Source: a virus
DNA length: 64,000 nt
Reading direction: 5' to 3' (one strand)
IMG/VR virus record: IMGVR_UViG_3300044527_000952
Coordinates: 29,058-93,057 of that record
Positions 40,297-50,368 of this stretch are shown piece by piece. Below the pieces are notes generated by a model, which did no database searches, had not been told where the DNA came from, and saw only the letters and a list, made by a program, of their open reading frames with translations. The position numbers and the translations under genes are program-made. Every line of letters begins with the position of its first letter. Position 1 is the first letter of the stretch.

Positions 40297-40493
40297 TTAT
40301 ATTGTTTGTAGTATTTTTTATTGCAGGAGTGGTTACACTATCAAGTTCACGATGGAAAGTTGATCCTCAAGTAAAAATGAGTATGCCACCCCAAGATATA
40401 GAACAAATTAACAAAGAACTAGATATTCGTGAAGAAGTTGGCGTATTGTTCTTATTAATATCAGCATTTTTTCTTATATTTTTAATTATTTAA
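40293..40493 (+). CDS. small membrane protein
   Basis: two hydrophobic ends. Confidence 0.45.
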   Translation: MIILFVVFFIAGVVTLSSSRWKVDPQVKMSMPPQDIEQINKELDIREEVGVLFLLISAFFLIFLII

Positions 40494-40503
40494 AAGGAAT
40501 CCA

Positions 40504-41523
40504 ATGAGAATTGAAGATGAAATCAAGCTTGATTTCAAGGATGTATTGATTCGTCCAAAACGTAGTACATTATCAAGTCGCAAAGAAGTAGACTTAATTA
40601 AATGGTATAAATTTAAACATAGTGGGTATGAATATGAAGGTATTCCCATTATGGCAGCTAATATGGATGGTGTTGGAACTTTAAAAATGGCAGAAACATT
40701 AAGTCAACATAGGTTATTCACCTGCCTTATTAAAACCTATAACAAAGACATTGATAATTTTTCTGTATTCAATGTAAACAAAGATTATTATGCTGTTAGT
40801 ACAGGAACTAGTGATGAAGATTTTCGAAATCTCAATACCATCGTTACAGGTATTGGTGCACAATTTATTTGTATTGATGTGGCTAATGGTTATAGCGAAC
40901 ATTTTGGTGATTTTGTTGAAAGCGTAAGAAATCGTTGGCCTGATAAAACAATTATTGCAGGTAATGTAGTTACTGCAGATATGACACAGGAGTTAATATT
41001 ACGTGGAGCAGATATTGTTAAAGTTGGGATTGGGCCTGGGAGTGTGTGTACTACTCGTGTACAAACAGGTGTGGGTTATCCTCAACTTAGTGCAATTATC
41101 GAATGTGCCGATGCCGCTCATGGTCTTGGTGGGCATATTATTGCTGATGGAGGGTGTACTTGTCCTGGGGATGTGGCTAAAGCTTTTGGTGCAGGAGCAG
41201 ATTTTGTAATGCTTGGTGGTATGTTTGCAGGGCACGATGAGGGTGGTGGTACCATAGAAAATGGACGTGTAATCTTTTACGGTATGAGTAGCGATACTGC
41301 TATGAATAAAACACATGGTGGTGTAGCAGAATATCGTTCTAGTGAAGGACGTACGGTAGAAATACCCTATAAAGGACAAGTTAAAAATACTGTGCTTGAT
41401 ATATTAGGTGGTTTACGCAGCACTTGTACCTATGTTGGTGCATCAAATTTAAAACAACTACCTAAATGCACTACATTTATTAAAGTCAACCGTCAAATTA
41501 ATGACGTGTTTATCCAAAAATAA
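40504..41523 (+). CDS. guaC: GMP reductase
   Basis: [45 protein letters not shown]. Confidence 0.95.
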   Translation: MRIEDEIKLDFKDVLIRPKRSTLSSRKEVDLIKWYKFKHSGYEYEGIPIMAANMDGVGTLKMAETLSQHRLFTCLIKTYNKDIDNFSVFNVNKDYYAVSTGTSDEDFRNLNTIVTGIGAQFICIDVANGYSEHFGDFVESVRNRWPDKTIIAGNVVTADMTQELILRGADIVKVGIGPGSVCTTRVQTGVGYPQLSAIIECADAAHGLGGHIIADGGCTCPGDVAKAFGAGADFVMLGGMFAGHDEGGGTIENGRVIFYGMSSDTAMNKTHGGVAEYRSSEGRTVEIPYKGQVKNTVLDILGGLRSTCTYVGASNLKQLPKCTTFIKVNRQINDVFIQK

Positions 41524-41559
41524 TAGCATATATTGCGAAATTATGTAAAATATATAGTT

Positions 41560-41630
41560 ATGTAGATGCCAATGGTTGGGTCTACATTCAAAATGTCATC
41601 TTGCTTAATTAAAGGAGAAATAACATGACA
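41560..41630 (+). promoter_or_regulatory. ROSE-like RNA thermometer leader of hsp20
   Basis: 5' hairpin ATGTAGA...TCTACAT, then TCTTGCTT pairing with AAGGAGA (bulged G) and TGTCAT pairing with ATGACA. Confidence 0.6.
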
Positions 41631-42074
41631 AATCTTACACTTCGTTCATTCGATATTCCTACTATTACAAAATTTGGTATTGGTTTCGACCGTATGTTTG
41701 ATGAACTTTCACGTTTACAGGAAGGTACAACAAGCACCAATTATCCCCCATACAATATCATTGAAGTAACCGATGATAAGTATATTATTGAACTTGCAGT
41801 TGCAGGTTTTAAAGAGGGTGATATTGATATTACTGTGCATAATCGTAGCTTAACCATTAAAGGTAAGCGTCAGGTTGCAACTGTAGAGGGTCAAGAAACC
41901 AAGTATATTCATCAGGGTATTGGGTCACGTTCATTTGAGCGTACATGGCCTATTGCTGAGTATGTTGAGGTAACAAGTGCAATACAAGAAAATGGTATTT
42001 TAAGTGTTACTTTAGAGCGTAAAGTTCCTGAAGAAAAGAAACCAAAGTCTATTGCAATCACTTATACAAAGTGA
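41625..42074 (+). CDS. small heat-shock protein Hsp20 (IbpA-like)
   Basis: IGFDRMF, NYPPYNI, IELAVAGF, YIHQGI..RSF, NGIL, PEEKKP. Confidence 0.93.
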   Translation: MTNLTLRSFDIPTITKFGIGFDRMFDELSRLQEGTTSTNYPPYNIIEVTDDKYIIELAVAGFKEGDIDITVHNRSLTIKGKRQVATVEGQETKYIHQGIGSRSFERTWPIAEYVEVTSAIQENGILSVTLERKVPEEKKPKSIAITYTK

Positions 42075-42097
42075 TAAAATACTAAATACAGGAGTAA

Positions 42098-42122
42098 ACA
42101 GCGTAGTGTTTTGCTACGCTGT
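42098..42122 (+). terminator. stem-loop between hsp20 and clpS
   Basis: ACAGCGTAG-tgttttg-CTACGCTGT. Confidence 0.5.
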
Positions 42123-42147
42123 CCTCTCCAATACTAGAGGAATTTTT

Positions 42148-42465
42148 ATGGCTAAAATTGATGTTAAAACTGATGTAAAAACACGTATTAAACCAAATTT
42201 ACAATTGGACATACCTCCAATGTACAAGATCATTTATATTAATGATAACGTTACTACTATGGAGTTTGTAGTGGCTACATTAGTCGAGCATTTTCAATAT
42301 ACTGCCGAAACAGCGATAACCATTACCACAGATATACATGAGTCAGGTAGTGCAGTGGTTGCAGTATTACCATATGAAATCGCAGAACAAAAAGGTATAG
42401 AAGTTACTATGGAAGCACGTGCAAACGGTTTTCCATTACAAATTAAATTAGAAGCAGAAGATTAA
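42148..42465 (+). CDS. clpS: Clp protease adaptor
   Basis: PPMYKIIYINDNVTTMEFV, IHESG, EIAEQK, FPL. Confidence 0.9.
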   Translation: MAKIDVKTDVKTRIKPNLQLDIPPMYKIIYINDNVTTMEFVVATLVEHFQYTAETAITITTDIHESGSAVVAVLPYEIAEQKGIEVTMEARANGFPLQIKLEAED

Positions 42466-43166
42466 CTCAACGCTATACGTTTAGGATAGTAGGGTAGATT
42501 AGCAAATTTTGGGTTGTTAACATAACGTCGATTGTTATAAGTTCCATCAATTATTTTATTATACGATCCAAATAACCAATGATCTACTTTATTATTAGTA
42601 TCATTTAACAATGCCATTATAATGCCTACAGGATCAGGCAAATCATTTTCAGGATCTTTAAAAGTAAGTTGTTCACTTGGTAAACTACTTGAAATCACAC
42701 ATATACGTTTAGACTCGTGATGATTCTGTAAACTACGAATAGTTTTATTTAAATAATCCATATCCTGAATACGTAAACTATCAACAATAACACGATCAAC
42801 CTCAGGTAATTGTTGATAATTAGAATTATACCAACCATTGATCGCTACAAAAGCCACACCATTTAATATTATAACGTGATTATGCAAGTATATAACATTA
42901 GGAATAGGTTCACACAACACTTTGAGTTGTTGAATTCTTGTCTCATAAGCGTGTATATCATGGTGTTCAGCCTTACCGTCAATGTATAAAACACCACGGT
43001 AAATCGAACCTAAATGACTTAATACTTGATGTACTTTTTTTAAATTACCACTAATACCACCTGCAACTGCACAAAATAATGAAGTTGGTTTGCCTTCCCA
43101 ATTTAATTCTTCATCATCTGCAAGGTTTAAGTCACTTATTAAGTCTATCGAAAACGGAATATCCAT
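42462..43166 (-). CDS. metallophosphoesterase-fold protein with degenerate active site
   Basis: ISDLNL, AGGI, DGKAEH, FGS replace DxH, GD, GNHE, GHxH. Confidence 0.6.
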   Translation of the reverse strand: MDIPFSIDLISDLNLADDEELNWEGKPTSLFCAVAGGISGNLKKVHQVLSHLGSIYRGVLYIDGKAEHHDIHAYETRIQQLKVLCEPIPNVIYLHNHVIILNGVAFVAINGWYNSNYQQLPEVDRVIVDSLRIQDMDYLNKTIRSLQNHHESKRICVISSSLPSEQLTFKDPENDLPDPVGIIMALLNDTNNKVDHWLFGSYNKIIDGTYNNRRYVNNPKFANLPYYPKRIALS

Positions 43167-43471
43167 TAAGTTGTCTTAGGTTTTCTAGGTGCCTTAGATG
43201 CAGCAGGGGTTTTTGTAGCGTTAGTTGCTTTTGGTTTGCTTTCAACAGTTGGCTTCTTAGCTGCAGGTTTTTTTTCTTTTTTAATGGGTGCAATGACCAC
43301 ATTATCTTTAGGTTCAGGTTTTTTTGGCTCAGCCTTTGGTGCGGGTGCTTCTACTCTATCTTGAGCAGGTTTAGCCTCAAGGGGCTTAGCCTCTGTAGGT
43401 GGTGCAGGTTCTAAACTTTTAGGTCCATGCACAAATAATTCTCTTAAAAATTTGCCAAGTTTTTCTAGCAT
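43166..43471 (-). CDS. K/P/A-rich low-complexity protein
   Basis: AAGGAG RBS and TAAATA on the minus strand; histone-like composition. Confidence 0.55.
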   Translation of the reverse strand: MLEKLGKFLRELFVHGPKSLEPAPPTEAKPLEAKPAQDRVEAPAPKAEPKKPEPKDNVVIAPIKKEKKPAAKKPTVESKPKATNATKTPAASKAPRKPKTT

Positions 43472-43552
43472 TTTAATATCTCCTTAGTATAGTATTTAAT
43501 CAAATTATCTACGGCTTTTTATTTTGGTAAATAACAGAAATATAGGAACTTT

Positions 43553-44062
43553 ATGAATATTAAGGAATTATTTTTTATTTCAAAAATTGACCACTTTTCA
43601 GAAATTAAGCACAATGTACTAAATTCGATTGAACAAATGGGTAAATTTAGTTATTGCAATAAATTTCAAAACATAAGCAACACGGATTATCATTTAAACC
43701 ATGATTTCAAAAGACCCTATACAGAATTTATTGTTCCATGTTTTATACCACATTTAATAAAATTAAATAACGAATTTGGGTATAACGAATATCAACTCAA
43801 AAATATATGGTTTCAACAGTATGAAAAGAATGATTTTCATAATTGGCACTGCCACTCTGATTGCACTTTTACTAATATTGCGTATATTGAACTTCCAAAT
43901 AAGAAAATAACGACACAAGTAAAACTTAAAGGTAAAGATATTAAAATAAATGTTGCTGAGGGAGAAATGTTATCGATGCCTGGGTTTTTGGTGCATGGGT
44001 CACCTACCAACAAAGGAGCACGAAAAACAGTTGTTGTAATGAACTCTTTACACTTTTGCTAG
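43553..44062 (+). CDS. 2OG-Fe(II) oxygenase-like protein
   Basis: WFQQY, HNWHCH, PGFLVH, RK. Confidence 0.7.
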   Translation: MNIKELFFISKIDHFSEIKHNVLNSIEQMGKFSYCNKFQNISNTDYHLNHDFKRPYTEFIVPCFIPHLIKLNNEFGYNEYQLKNIWFQQYEKNDFHNWHCHSDCTFTNIAYIELPNKKITTQVKLKGKDIKINVAEGEMLSMPGFLVHGSPTNKGARKTVVVMNSLHFC

Positions 44063-44067
44063 ATATA

Positions 44068-44559
44068 ATGAAAACGTCTAAAATTTCAAAATTAATGGAA
44101 TTACCGTTACCAAGCTTAGCTGAACAGCGTAAAAAATCATATAGACCATCATTACGTAAAATTAAAGCTATGTATCGATTAATTAATGAAGAAGTTTTTA
44201 AGAATAAATTATCAATGCCCGAAATACAACTAGTAAAAAGATCCAAGTATTGGGGTTTATGTATGGGTAAAGGTAGGTGGGGAAGTCCTTATCCTACAGG
44301 ATCACATTGTATTATAAAAATAACCAACAAATTTTATTCGCAACAATGGATGATTGCTACCTTGGCACATGAAATGGTACATCAATATCAATGGGATATT
44401 TACAGTGGGAAACGTAAAAAACAAGGAAAATTACCAATCATGAGTCATGGACCATCATTTTATGCTTGGCGTAACAAACTATCCAAGTTTGGGATAACGT
44501 TAAAAACAACTTTTTCAAAAAAGAAATGGTTTACCTATCAAAAATTGGATAAGTGTTAG
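44068..44559 (+). CDS. SprT-like metalloprotease
   Basis: TLAHEMVH, SHGPSF. Confidence 0.75.
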   Translation: MKTSKISKLMELPLPSLAEQRKKSYRPSLRKIKAMYRLINEEVFKNKLSMPEIQLVKRSKYWGLCMGKGRWGSPYPTGSHCIIKITNKFYSQQWMIATLAHEMVHQYQWDIYSGKRKKQGKLPIMSHGPSFYAWRNKLSKFGITLKTTFSKKKWFTYQKLDKC

Positions 44560-44593
44560 ATTGTTTTAAACATATTATACGTTATAATGCATT

Positions 44594-45073
44594 ATGTCTG
44601 AAGATAAAAAACCCAATTCAATGAAGGGTAGAACAAGTTACGATTCTGAAATCGGAGGTTTACCTGCGATTTTTATTAATAGAAATGTAACAGAATACCC
44701 TGTTGAAGTTAGTGCGCCAAAGTTTGATCTTGTTCCCATTACGCAACAAAAAGATATTATGCTCAACGTTGCAAGGTTGCATGCTCAGCAAGAATATGAT
44801 AGGATTATGCAACTTGTAAATGTTTTACAAGATCAAGCAGCACAAATTAAACGTAGGTTAGATATAACAGATTGGGTTCACGCAGCAGAATATAGGTTTC
44901 AAATAGCTCACGGTCAAACATATTGGTTATTGTTTGATAGTGAAATACAAAAAACTAGATTATCAATGAATGGCCCGAATGATTGGTCAACAGGTGTACC
45001 CGCTCAATACGAGTACATCACAAAGGTCAAATGGTTAGGTGATTATACTTGGATAGAAGTCGAAGGAGAATAA
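44594..45073 (+). CDS. DUF2452-like protein
   Basis: YPVEVSAPKF, GQTYWL, P.DW, D.TW. Confidence 0.55.
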   Translation: MSEDKKPNSMKGRTSYDSEIGGLPAIFINRNVTEYPVEVSAPKFDLVPITQQKDIMLNVARLHAQQEYDRIMQLVNVLQDQAAQIKRRLDITDWVHAAEYRFQIAHGQTYWLLFDSEIQKTRLSMNGPNDWSTGVPAQYEYITKVKWLGDYTWIEVEGE

Positions 45074-45673
45074 ATGAGTCTTGTACCTATTGTAGTAGAA
45101 CAAACTAGTCGTGGGGAACGTAGCTACGACATTTATAGCAGATTACTGCGTGATCGTGTAGTCATTCTTAATGGAGAAGTTAACGAAATTAGTGCTAATT
45201 TAATCGTTGCACAGTTACTTTTCTTAGAAAGTGAAGACAGCGATAAAGATATTAGTTTTTATATCAACAGCCCAGGCGGTTCTGTCACCGATGGAATGAG
45301 TATTTACGATACCATGCAATTCATTAAACCTGATGTGTCCACTATCGTTATGGGTCAAGCCTGTAGTATGGGTTCATTTTTAGCCCAAGCAGGGGCAGCA
45401 GGAAAACGTTATATTCTTCCACACGCACGTCATATGATTCATCAACCTAGTGGTGGAGCACGTGGTATGGCAAGTGATATGGAAATTTCATTAAAAGAAA
45501 TTCTTAAAATGAAACGTATGCTTACAGAATTGTATGTAAAGCATAATTCAGTTGGTATGTCATTTACCGATTTCCAACGTGATATGGATCGTGATAAATT
45601 TATGTCTGCACAAGAATCAGTTGACTATGGTTTAGCAGATAAAGTTATTACTAAACGTGAAGATAATGTCTAA
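45074..45673 (+). CDS. clpP: ATP-dependent Clp protease proteolytic subunit
   Basis: [37 protein letters not shown]. Confidence 0.96.
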   Translation: MSLVPIVVEQTSRGERSYDIYSRLLRDRVVILNGEVNEISANLIVAQLLFLESEDSDKDISFYINSPGGSVTDGMSIYDTMQFIKPDVSTIVMGQACSMGSFLAQAGAAGKRYILPHARHMIHQPSGGARGMASDMEISLKEILKMKRMLTELYVKHNSVGMSFTDFQRDMDRDKFMSAQESVDYGLADKVITKREDNV

Positions 45674-46724
45674 TATTTTAACATCTACAGTTATTGTTGA
45701 TGATATGGTCAAAGCAGTTAGTACTGCATTTGATTATGAATTTACAGGAACATCCACCTTTACAGTGCCTGATTTTACTCTACCAACTGATTATCAAATT
45801 GGTTTAATTGTTGGACCAAGCGGTAGTGGTAAATCTAGTATATTAAAAACCATTGGTAATATTGATCAACCACAATGGGATAAAAATAAAGCAATATGCA
45901 GTCATTTCACACGTTTAGATGAATTGCATGCAGTTGGTTTAAATAGTATTCCTACATTGTGTAGACCTTATCATGTATGCAGCAATGGTGAACAACATCG
46001 TGCTGACATGGCTAGACAGCTTAAAAATAGTGCAGTCATTGATGAGTTTACTAGTGTGGTTGATCGCAATGTAGCTAAAAGTTTAAGTAACGCAATTAAT
46101 CGTTATATTAGAGCAGAAGATTTACAAAAGGTAACATTTGCAACATGTCATTATGATATTGTTGAGTGGCTTCGTCCTGATTGGGTATTTGATACTGCAA
46201 CGGGCGAACTCACAAGGGGGTTACTTTGGCAACGTCCAACAATCACTTTGGAAATCATACCTACTGACAGAAAATTGTGGACAGCCTTCGCTCCGCATCA
46301 CTATTTAAGTGGCAGTATGAATAAGTCTGCTAAATGTTGGGCTGCAATATGGAACGATACAATTATTGGTTTTGCTGCAGTTTTACCACAACCAAGTGGA
46401 ACATTAAAAAATGCGTATCGTGGACACCGCACAGTTATCCTACCTGATTTCCAAGGATTAGGAATTGGCGTAAGATTTAGTGATGCTATTGCTAAAATGC
46501 ATATTGAACAAGGTAAACGATATTTTAGTAAAACTGCTAACCCAAGAATGGGTGGCTATAGAGATAACTCTCCTCTATGGAAACCTACAAGTAAGAATAA
46601 AATGAAACGTAAAGATTATTTGTTAAGTGGTACACAGCATGATAAACAAATGCTTTCTGTTGAATCCTTGCTTGCACATGCTAATAGAGAGTGTTGGTCA
46701 CATGAATATATTGGAGAAAAATGA
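45666..46724 (+). CDS. ABC-type ATPase fused to GNAT (Mom-like) acetyltransferase
   Basis: [21 protein letters not shown]; then [18 protein letters not shown]. Confidence 0.75.
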   Translation: MSNILTSTVIVDDMVKAVSTAFDYEFTGTSTFTVPDFTLPTDYQIGLIVGPSGSGKSSILKTIGNIDQPQWDKNKAICSHFTRLDELHAVGLNSIPTLCRPYHVCSNGEQHRADMARQLKNSAVIDEFTSVVDRNVAKSLSNAINRYIRAEDLQKVTFATCHYDIVEWLRPDWVFDTATGELTRGLLWQRPTITLEIIPTDRKLWTAFAPHHYLSGSMNKSAKCWAAIWNDTIIGFAAVLPQPSGTLKNAYRGHRTVILPDFQGLGIGVRFSDAIAKMHIEQGKRYFSKTANPRMGGYRDNSPLWKPTSKNKMKRKDYLLSGTQHDKQMLSVESLLAHANRECWSHEYIGEK

Positions 46725-47254
46725 TGACTATGCAATTAGAAGATGATCAATTAGAGCGACTTGAAAAATTACTTCAACATGTCGTTGATGATATGTTTTA
46801 CCCTGATGATTACGATGGATGGGAACGTGGTACAGACTATAGCGACACCCCAGGCATCAAATGCATCTTCGAACAATACGGTGACCTAGAAACCGAAGAT
46901 GAAGATGGCGAGTATGTTTATGAGGAAGGTGGTAATAAAGATATGCGTTGTTATGCAATTTTTATCCACAAAGATAGTAAAGAAGGAGAATTTCCTGAAC
47001 ATGATTTTGCTTGGAATTTAATTGTTCATCGTCCAAAAGAAGAAGTTTGTATTTTTGCTTGGTATGATGTAAACAATGAATCATGGGATTTTGTCAATAC
47101 CTATGATTTAGACAGTGAAATGGGCGAAGATGTTCTTATGGATGTTGTAGATTATATTTTAGAAGAGTACTATCATGATACTCAAGAAGATGAGGATGAA
47201 GAACCTGTGAATAATGATCCTACTGCATGGCCTTTTGGAAAGACTGAGAAGTAA
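46721..47254 (+). CDS. acidic hypothetical protein
   Basis: D/E-rich; ends AWPF. Confidence 0.6.
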   Translation: MMTMQLEDDQLERLEKLLQHVVDDMFYPDDYDGWERGTDYSDTPGIKCIFEQYGDLETEDEDGEYVYEEGGNKDMRCYAIFIHKDSKEGEFPEHDFAWNLIVHRPKEEVCIFAWYDVNNESWDFVNTYDLDSEMGEDVLMDVVDYILEEYYHDTQEDEDEEPVNNDPTAWPFGKTEK

Positions 47255-47982
47255 TGTTTGATTTTTTAAAACGTAGAGAGTTAGTGTTTTCATGTAAAAT
47301 AACTGATACATTTTTATACAACTCTTTACCACCAAAATTAAGTTCTCAATGCTTACCAACTTGGTATAAAGAATTAAAACCACATTATGAATTAGAAAAT
47401 AAAGTGGGTTTAATTTATAAAACAGGAACAGTAAGACATTGTGCAGGTATTAAAAAAACATTAACTAGTGGGGTAATTGTCCCCATGTGGTCTGATTTAC
47501 TATTACAGATTAATCCCGATGGTACTTTTTTATACCAATTTTCCGATGAAGCGTCTGAAATACATACACATGATGGAAGACAATATGGAAATTTATTCAA
47601 AGATTCTATATTTTTAAAATTAACTTCACCTTGGGCATGTGAAGCTAACAGACCAATGAATTATTATTTGACACACCCAACTTATCATATTGGCTATGAA
47701 ACGGAGTTTCAGGTGTTGCCTGGGTATATTGATTTTTATTACACTAACGCACTTAACCCATTTATCGTATGTAAAATTAAACCTGAACCCTATCAATTTA
47801 TGATCCCTGGGGGTAGCCCTCTTTACCAACTTTTACCTGTTCATGATCATCGTGTAAAAATTAAAACCCAAGTTGTTTCTCTTGAAAAATTTAAATCATT
47901 AACTGTTCATAATCGCTTTTCTTTTGTAAAAACACATGATAGGTTTGTAAAGTATAAAAATATGATTTATGGAAAAAAATGA
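47254..47982 (+). CDS. conserved phage protein (dUTPase-like beta fold, DUF6065-like)
   Basis: PTWYK, TVRHC.G, SPW, PG.ID, GSPL.Q. Confidence 0.5.
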   Translation: MFDFLKRRELVFSCKITDTFLYNSLPPKLSSQCLPTWYKELKPHYELENKVGLIYKTGTVRHCAGIKKTLTSGVIVPMWSDLLLQINPDGTFLYQFSDEASEIHTHDGRQYGNLFKDSIFLKLTSPWACEANRPMNYYLTHPTYHIGYETEFQVLPGYIDFYYTNALNPFIVCKIKPEPYQFMIPGGSPLYQLLPVHDHRVKIKTQVVSLEKFKSLTVHNRFSFVKTHDRFVKYKNMIYGKK

Positions 47983-48761
47983 ACACTAAAGTATACAAGC
48001 AAGTTAAAAAATTTATTGATCTTTATGGGTTACCTAAAGAAATTGGTGTTACAGGTTGGATTTCAGAAATTAGTGAATGGACTTATCATGATAAAATAAT
48101 AGGTCAGTCTAATGAAGAATCTAAAGGTTGGGTTTATGTTCAACAAAAAAGCAGTAGTTTAAATGAATTAGATTACTACAATTATTGGGATACAGACTCA
48201 GTTTATGCCATAGCAGTATCAGTGTGTGACAATCGCACAAGTGATACGCAACTTTACTTTACCATACATGATAAAGATTTCTTCCTTGATTTATGTAACG
48301 AAGATGCAGATGGTAAAGGGTGGGAGTGGATTAGTGATGTTGATTTAGAAGAAATTGTTAGAGAACTTAATGGATACACTGTTGACCCAAATGATGAGAA
48401 ATACAATGATTTTAATCTTGATTCACAAGATTTTCTATGGAGTAACTGTGAAGAAAACATTATAGAAACTATCTACAGTCTACCTTATAATGCTTGTATC
48501 ATTACGTGGAATAATGGAGCATCTATTACGCTTACAATTAAAAAAGATAATATTACAGCAAAAGTAGTAAATCCACCAACAAAACATCATGTCTTTGTAG
48601 AATTACCAAGCATGGCTTATTTTAATGATATGGTTACTTGGTTACAAGGTAGTAAGTTATCTTATGAGTTGTTATGTAAACCTGATACAAATCATACCGT
48701 AGGGATTAGTTTTGAAAATGATGAACATGCAACTATGTTTAGTTTGAAATGGGCTAGATAA
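47979..48761 (+). CDS. protein with C-terminal F-x-L-K-W family domain
   Basis: ends ISFENDEHATMFSLKWAR. Confidence 0.6.
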   Translation: MNTKVYKQVKKFIDLYGLPKEIGVTGWISEISEWTYHDKIIGQSNEESKGWVYVQQKSSSLNELDYYNYWDTDSVYAIAVSVCDNRTSDTQLYFTIHDKDFFLDLCNEDADGKGWEWISDVDLEEIVRELNGYTVDPNDEKYNDFNLDSQDFLWSNCEENIIETIYSLPYNACIITWNNGASITLTIKKDNITAKVVNPPTKHHVFVELPSMAYFNDMVTWLQGSKLSYELLCKPDTNHTVGISFENDEHATMFSLKWAR

Positions 48762-48924
48762 TGTACTTAGATGTATTTTTTTGGATAGGAATAGTTGTCT
48801 TATTTTTTCTTATAGGAAATTTTTTAACCCGTAATTTTAAAGGATGTAGTGGAAATTGCCAACAAGGTAAGTATCCATGTGACTGTGGTAAATTTGACTA
48901 AAGGTAAATAGTTATGTATAATCT

Positions 48925-49134
48925 ATGTACGAAATCAACAAATCAGGTATTACCTACATGCACACTGCAACAATTACTGTTCAGAACAAAGATAATATTC
49001 TAGAAATTTTAGCATGGTTAAAACAATATTGTGTTGGTCAATATACTTGGAAACAAGGACACAAGAATAACGAACGTGTTGTATCGTTCCAACAAGAATC
49101 TGATTTAGTCAATTTCAGCTTGTATTGGATTTGA
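48925..49134 (+). CDS. dispersed member of the F-x-L-x-W family
   Basis: ILAWLKQYC...VSFQQESDLVNFSLYWI; promoter 48894-48922. Confidence 0.6.
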   Translation: MYEINKSGITYMHTATITVQNKDNILEILAWLKQYCVGQYTWKQGHKNNERVVSFQQESDLVNFSLYWI

Positions 49135-49159
49135 CAAACTATAAAACTTATCGTATACT
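49131..49159 (+). promoter_or_regulatory. sigma70 early promoter
   Basis: TTGACA-17-TATACT. Confidence 0.75.
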
Positions 49160-49185
49160 GATCTTGTCATAACACAGGAGGTTGT

Positions 49186-49404
49186 ATGGGTTACAAAATT
49201 ATTCCTTCAATTCCCGCTCGTTACACTAAATTAAAAGGTCTTGAAGGACCTTTCATGTATGAATCAGGTAAGGTGTTGTATTATGATCCTACTGCAGGTC
49301 AGTACTATGACCGTGATAGTGACTTTTACCTAGATTACGAAGAAGCTGACTACCATATCAACTATGGTGCACGTAAAACTTTTGAAATACTAAAAACAAC
49401 ATGA
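49186..49404 (+). CDS. small protein with OCRE-like YYDP..GQYYD motif
   Basis: GLEGPF...LYYDPTAGQYYD; AGGAGG RBS. Confidence 0.6.
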   Translation: MGYKIIPSIPARYTKLKGLEGPFMYESGKVLYYDPTAGQYYDRDSDFYLDYEEADYHINYGARKTFEILKTT

Positions 49405-49587
49405 CTAAAACAATCGTAGCAGGTATTGGATTTATTTTTGGCAGTGTGCTTGGTTCAATGTACGCACAGCAAAAATTTATGTTAGAATGTGATTTAAATA
49501 AAAACATTGTCATACGTAGTATGATGTATGATTGCAGTAAAAAACAATTAAAGAATGAAGTTTAAACGTTACAACTCGGAGCAAAAC

Positions 49588-49989
49588 ATGGGATTAGATC
49601 AGTACGCATACGTGTCTGCCAATGAAGGTGATTATGACGCATACTATGAAAACAAAAATGTTGCTAAACCACGTGAACTAGCCTATTGGCGTAAACACCC
49701 TAATTTACAAGGATGGATGGAACAACTTTGGTTAAAAAAAGGTGGGGTAGATACAGGTGGTGCTTGGGGTTCAAGTTTTAATGGTATTGAACTTGAGTTG
49801 ACGTGGGATGATCTAAATCAACTAGAACAAGACATTAAGAATGGTGTTGTAGCATCTTTAGATATTAAAGGTTTTTTCTTTGGTATCCCAAGTGATGACT
49901 ATTATCGTAACCAAGATTTGCAGTTTATTGCTGATGCCAAAGCTGAACTTATTATTGGGTTAAAAGTTTTCTATAACTCAAGTTGGTAA
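49588..49989 (+). CDS. conserved phage protein (MGLDQY...YWRK)
   Basis: MGLD, YWRKH, ends YNSSW. Confidence 0.65.
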   Translation: MGLDQYAYVSANEGDYDAYYENKNVAKPRELAYWRKHPNLQGWMEQLWLKKGGVDTGGAWGSSFNGIELELTWDDLNQLEQDIKNGVVASLDIKGFFFGIPSDDYYRNQDLQFIADAKAELIIGLKVFYNSSW

Positions 49990-50004
49990 ATTATAAAAAA
50001 GTTA

Positions 50005-50033
50005 TTGACACGAACATCCTAATTTGATATACT
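50005..50033 (+). promoter_or_regulatory. sigma70 early promoter
   Basis: TTGACA-cgaacatcctaatttga-TATACT. Confidence 0.8.
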
Positions 50034-50062
50034 ATGTCTATAGTGAAAAACAGGAGATAGAA

Positions 50063-50368
50063 ATGAAGACTACGTTGACCGACACGATTTACACGGATCC
50101 AGGACACGGATGGGTCAAAGTTCCCCTTGCACGTCTTAATAAACTTGGTATTCTTAATAAAATCACTACTTACAGTTATATTCGTAACGATCATGCCTAT
50201 CTTGAAGAAGATTGTGACTTTTCTACTTACATTACTGCCCTTAAAGCAGTAGGAATCACTCCTAAATTTAAAGAAAAACATACCAATAAAAATAGCAAAA
50301 TCCGTAGCTATCGTCATTACTCGCCTAGTTTTGCAACTGAATTAGTTCGTCTTACTACAGGAAATTAA
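50063..50368 (+). CDS. conserved phage protein (DPGHGW...YLEEDCD)
   Basis: AGGAG RBS; motifs. Confidence 0.65.
   Translation: MKTTLTDTIYTDPGHGWVKVPLARLNKLGILNKITTYSYIRNDHAYLEEDCDFSTYITALKAVGITPKFKEKHTNKNSKIRSYRHYSPSFATELVRLTTGN

Noticed and set aside
38289-45673. Bacterial chromosome or prophage boundary at the host-like genes
   Set aside because: The genes are interleaved with phage ORFs, share the same composition and CCRG avoidance, and lack bacterial operon context (clpP is separated from clpX; no iscS).
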